From the NCBI RefSeq assembly GCF_946221935.1, contig NZ_CAMIGN010000001.1, forward strand, positions 264,990 through 328,989: a DNA stretch of 64,000 bases, in the 5' to 3' direction. This stretch comes from an uncultured Corynebacterium sp. (lineage in GTDB: Bacteria; Actinomycetota; Actinomycetes; Mycobacteriales; Mycobacteriaceae). Shown here one piece after another: positions 61,986-64,000 of this stretch. Under the pieces are notes generated by a model, which did not search any database, was not told the DNA's origin, and saw only the letters and a program-made list of their open reading frames with translations. The position numbers were made by a program, and so were the translations under genes. Each line of letters starts with the position of its first letter. Position 1 is the stretch's first letter.

Positions 61986-63431
61986 ATGACGGAACAGACC
62001 GAACACACTACACACTCCTTCGCCCCTACACCTGACCCCACAGTCGGCGAGCTCGATCTCGAAGCACGCTCTAGCCTGCGGCGGCTTTCCCGCGGCGTAA
62101 GCACCTACACCGATGAGCAATCGGACGGCTACGACGTTGAATACCGAAAGCTCAGACTGGAGAAAGTCGTGCTGGTCGGCGTGTGGACCTCTGGCACGAT
62201 TGCGCAGGTGGAAGCGAACCTGGAGGAGTTGCGCGCACTGGCAGAAACAGCGGGCTCCGAGGTGACGGAGATGCTGTACCAGCGGCGCGACAAGCCGGAT
62301 TCTGGCACCTATATCGGGCGCGGCAAGGTCGAGGAACTAAAGGCTGTCGTATTGGAGACCGGCGCTGATACCGTCGTCTGCGATGGTGAGTTGAGCCCCG
62401 GCCAAATGATCGCGCTGGAAAAGGCGCTCGACGTCAAAGTTATTGACCGTACCATGTTGATCCTCGATATCTTCGCCCAGCACGCGAAGTCCAAAGAGGG
62501 CAAGGCACAGGTAGCGCTTGCGCAAATGGAGTACCTCATTACGCGCGTTCGTGGTTGGGGTGGTGCACTGTCCCGCCAGGCCGGTGGACGCGCTGGCTCC
62601 AATGGTGGTGTAGGTCTGCGCGGTCCCGGTGAGACGAAGATCGAAGCCGACCGTCGCCGCCTGCGCTCCGAGATGGCGAAGCTGCGCAAAGAAATTGCTG
62701 CAATGAAAACCTCTCGAGAGGTAAAGCGCGAGCGACGCGATTCTTCTGCGATTCCGCAGATCGCGATCGCCGGGTACACCAATGCTGGTAAGTCTTCGCT
62801 CATCAACGCATTGACGGGTGCGGGAGTACTGGTAGAAGACGCACTATTTGCCACCCTGGATCCGACCACCAGGCGGGCAAACCTGGCTGATGGTCGGTCC
62901 GTGGTTTTTAGCGACACGGTTGGATTCGTGCGTCACCTCCCCACGCAGTTGGTTGAAGCTTTCCGCTCGACCTTGGAGGAGGTTCTGGCAGCCGACGTGG
63001 TTTTGCACGTTGTGGATGGTTCCGATCCTTTCCCACTGGAGCAGATCAAGGCTGTGAACACAGTGATCGGCGGGATCGTCGAGGAATCCGGGCAGGAAGC
63101 GCCACCGGAAATTCTGGTGGTGAACAAGATCGATACCGCGGACCCACTGGTGTTAGCCGAACTACGTCACCGAGTGCCGGATGCCGTCTTTGTGTCGGCG
63201 AAAACAGGTGAAGGGATTGCCGAGCTGGAGGCTCAGCTGGAGTTGTTCCTGAATTCCCTGGATTCCCATGTCACGTTGCACGTGCCTTTTGACCGCGGCG
63301 ATATCGTGGCCAAAGTCCACGAACTGGGAACGGTAATTGCAGAGGACTATGACGCAGAGGGAACGAAACTAGAGGTTCGTTTGCCGAATGTAGTGGCAGG
63401 GGAATTGCAGGAGTTCAGAGTCGCAGACTAG
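61986..63431 (+). CDS. hflX: GTPase HflX
   Basis: An HflX N-terminal domain is followed by the G-domain 'GYTNAGKSSLINALTG', 'DTVGF' and 'NKID'. Confidence 0.9.
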   Translation: MTEQTEHTTHSFAPTPDPTVGELDLEARSSLRRLSRGVSTYTDEQSDGYDVEYRKLRLEKVVLVGVWTSGTIAQVEANLEELRALAETAGSEVTEMLYQRRDKPDSGTYIGRGKVEELKAVVLETGADTVVCDGELSPGQMIALEKALDVKVIDRTMLILDIFAQHAKSKEGKAQVALAQMEYLITRVRGWGGALSRQAGGRAGSNGGVGLRGPGETKIEADRRRLRSEMAKLRKEIAAMKTSREVKRERRDSSAIPQIAIAGYTNAGKSSLINALTGAGVLVEDALFATLDPTTRRANLADGRSVVFSDTVGFVRHLPTQLVEAFRSTLEEVLAADVVLHVVDGSDPFPLEQIKAVNTVIGGIVEESGQEAPPEILVVNKIDTADPLVLAELRHRVPDAVFVSAKTGEGIAELEAQLELFLNSLDSHVTLHVPFDRGDIVAKVHELGTVIAEDYDAEGTKLEVRLPNVVAGELQEFRVAD

Positions 63432-64000
63432 CTGCCAAAGCTGACGTCGATACCGAGATTGCGCAGCTCGGAAACGTAGGGCTGTGGAGCGTCCTCGTCG
63501 GTCACGACGGCACTGATGTCCTGGATAGTTGCGAAGCTCACCAGATAGTCCAGGCCAAACTTCGTGGAATCGCACAGAGCGACTACGCGGTCGGAGTTTG
63601 CCACCATAGAGCGCTTGATTGCTCCTTCTTGGGCATCGGGAGTGGATAGCCCATGATCGATAGTAAGGGCATTGGTTCCAATGAATGCAACATCGGCATG
63701 GAGGACGCCGAGGGCGCGGGTGGCAAGGTCGCCAACGACGGCCTGAGACAGGGCGCGGACGTGCCCACCGATTAGTTGGACATCGCAACGGGGGGATTCC
63801 GCCAATGTGGTGGCAATAAAGAAAGAGTTCGTGACGATATTGAGCTTCGGTGCCATCAGCTTGGGATCGTTTGTGGCATTGGCTTCGGCGATGGCCTCGG
63901 CAAAGACGCCCGTGGTGGTACCTGCATCGATGAAGATGGTGCTGCCTGTTTCCGGAAGGAGCTTTACTGCAGCTTGGGCGATTGACCGCTTGGCTCCGAG
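63428..64000 (-). CDS. DeoR-family transcriptional regulator, C-terminal sugar-phosphate-binding domain (5' part outside window)
   Basis: The minus-strand frame reads '…LGAKRSIAQAAVKLLPETGSTIFIDAGTTTGVFAEAIAEANATNDPKLMAPKLNIVTNS…', which is typical of a DeoR C-terminal effector domain. The frame is open to the window edge. Confidence 0.7.
   Translation of the reverse strand, partial: LGAKRSIAQAAVKLLPETGSTIFIDAGTTTGVFAEAIAEANATNDPKLMAPKLNIVTNSFFIATTLAESPRCDVQLIGGHVRALSQAVVGDLATRALGVLHADVAFIGTNALTIDHGLSTPDAQEGAIKRSMVANSDRVVALCDSTKFGLDYLVSFATIQDISAVVTDEDAPQPYVSELRNLGIDVSFGS

Overview
This window looks like a high-GC actinobacterial chromosome, most likely Corynebacterium, with gene order matching the Corynebacterium and Mycobacterium core: cdsA'–rlmN–dxr–rseP–ispG … PBP-lipo–map … mtr–mqo … proS–rimP–nusA–ylxR–infB–rbfA … truB–ribF–rpsO–pnp–dapB–thyX–dapA–rnj–ftsK–terC–pgsA–cinA–clgR–pspA–bioYMN–recA–recX–miaB–miaA–dapF–hflX. 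I call about 70 protein-coding genes, mostly housekeeping: isoprenoid synthesis (MEP pathway), translation, lysine biosynthesis and tRNA modification. I found no rRNA, tRNA or CRISPR array.

The accessory and regulatory content I can support:
- A divergent ABC exporter plus two-component module next to ispG. By domain architecture and position it fits the corynebacterial heme-responsive hrtBA–chrSA system.
- An AT-richer island carrying a DUF222/HNH (REP13E12-type) endonuclease, a YtrA-like GntR regulator and a DUF1648 membrane protein, with a 43-nt palindrome right at the GntR promoter.
- A candidate yybP-ykoY (Mn2+) riboswitch upstream of terC, with a terminator and SD-sequestering hairpin.
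- A TGAAC-N3-GTTCA (BioQ-type) palindrome in front of the bioYMN ECF transporter.
- An SOS box and a DUF3046 ORF upstream of recA.
- A conventional intrinsic terminator after rpsO and a long pnp leader.

The least explained observations are short Cys/Gly-rich C-terminal tails on MiaB and on a small uncharacterised protein wedged between dapF and hflX. There are also several coding low-complexity tandem repeats: a (TP)n linker in a membrane protein, PGPK repeats in IF-2 and an N/G/R-rich extension on RNase J. I see no strong evidence for a wholly novel multi-gene system. The six-frame track includes many long antisense ORFs that are GC artefacts.
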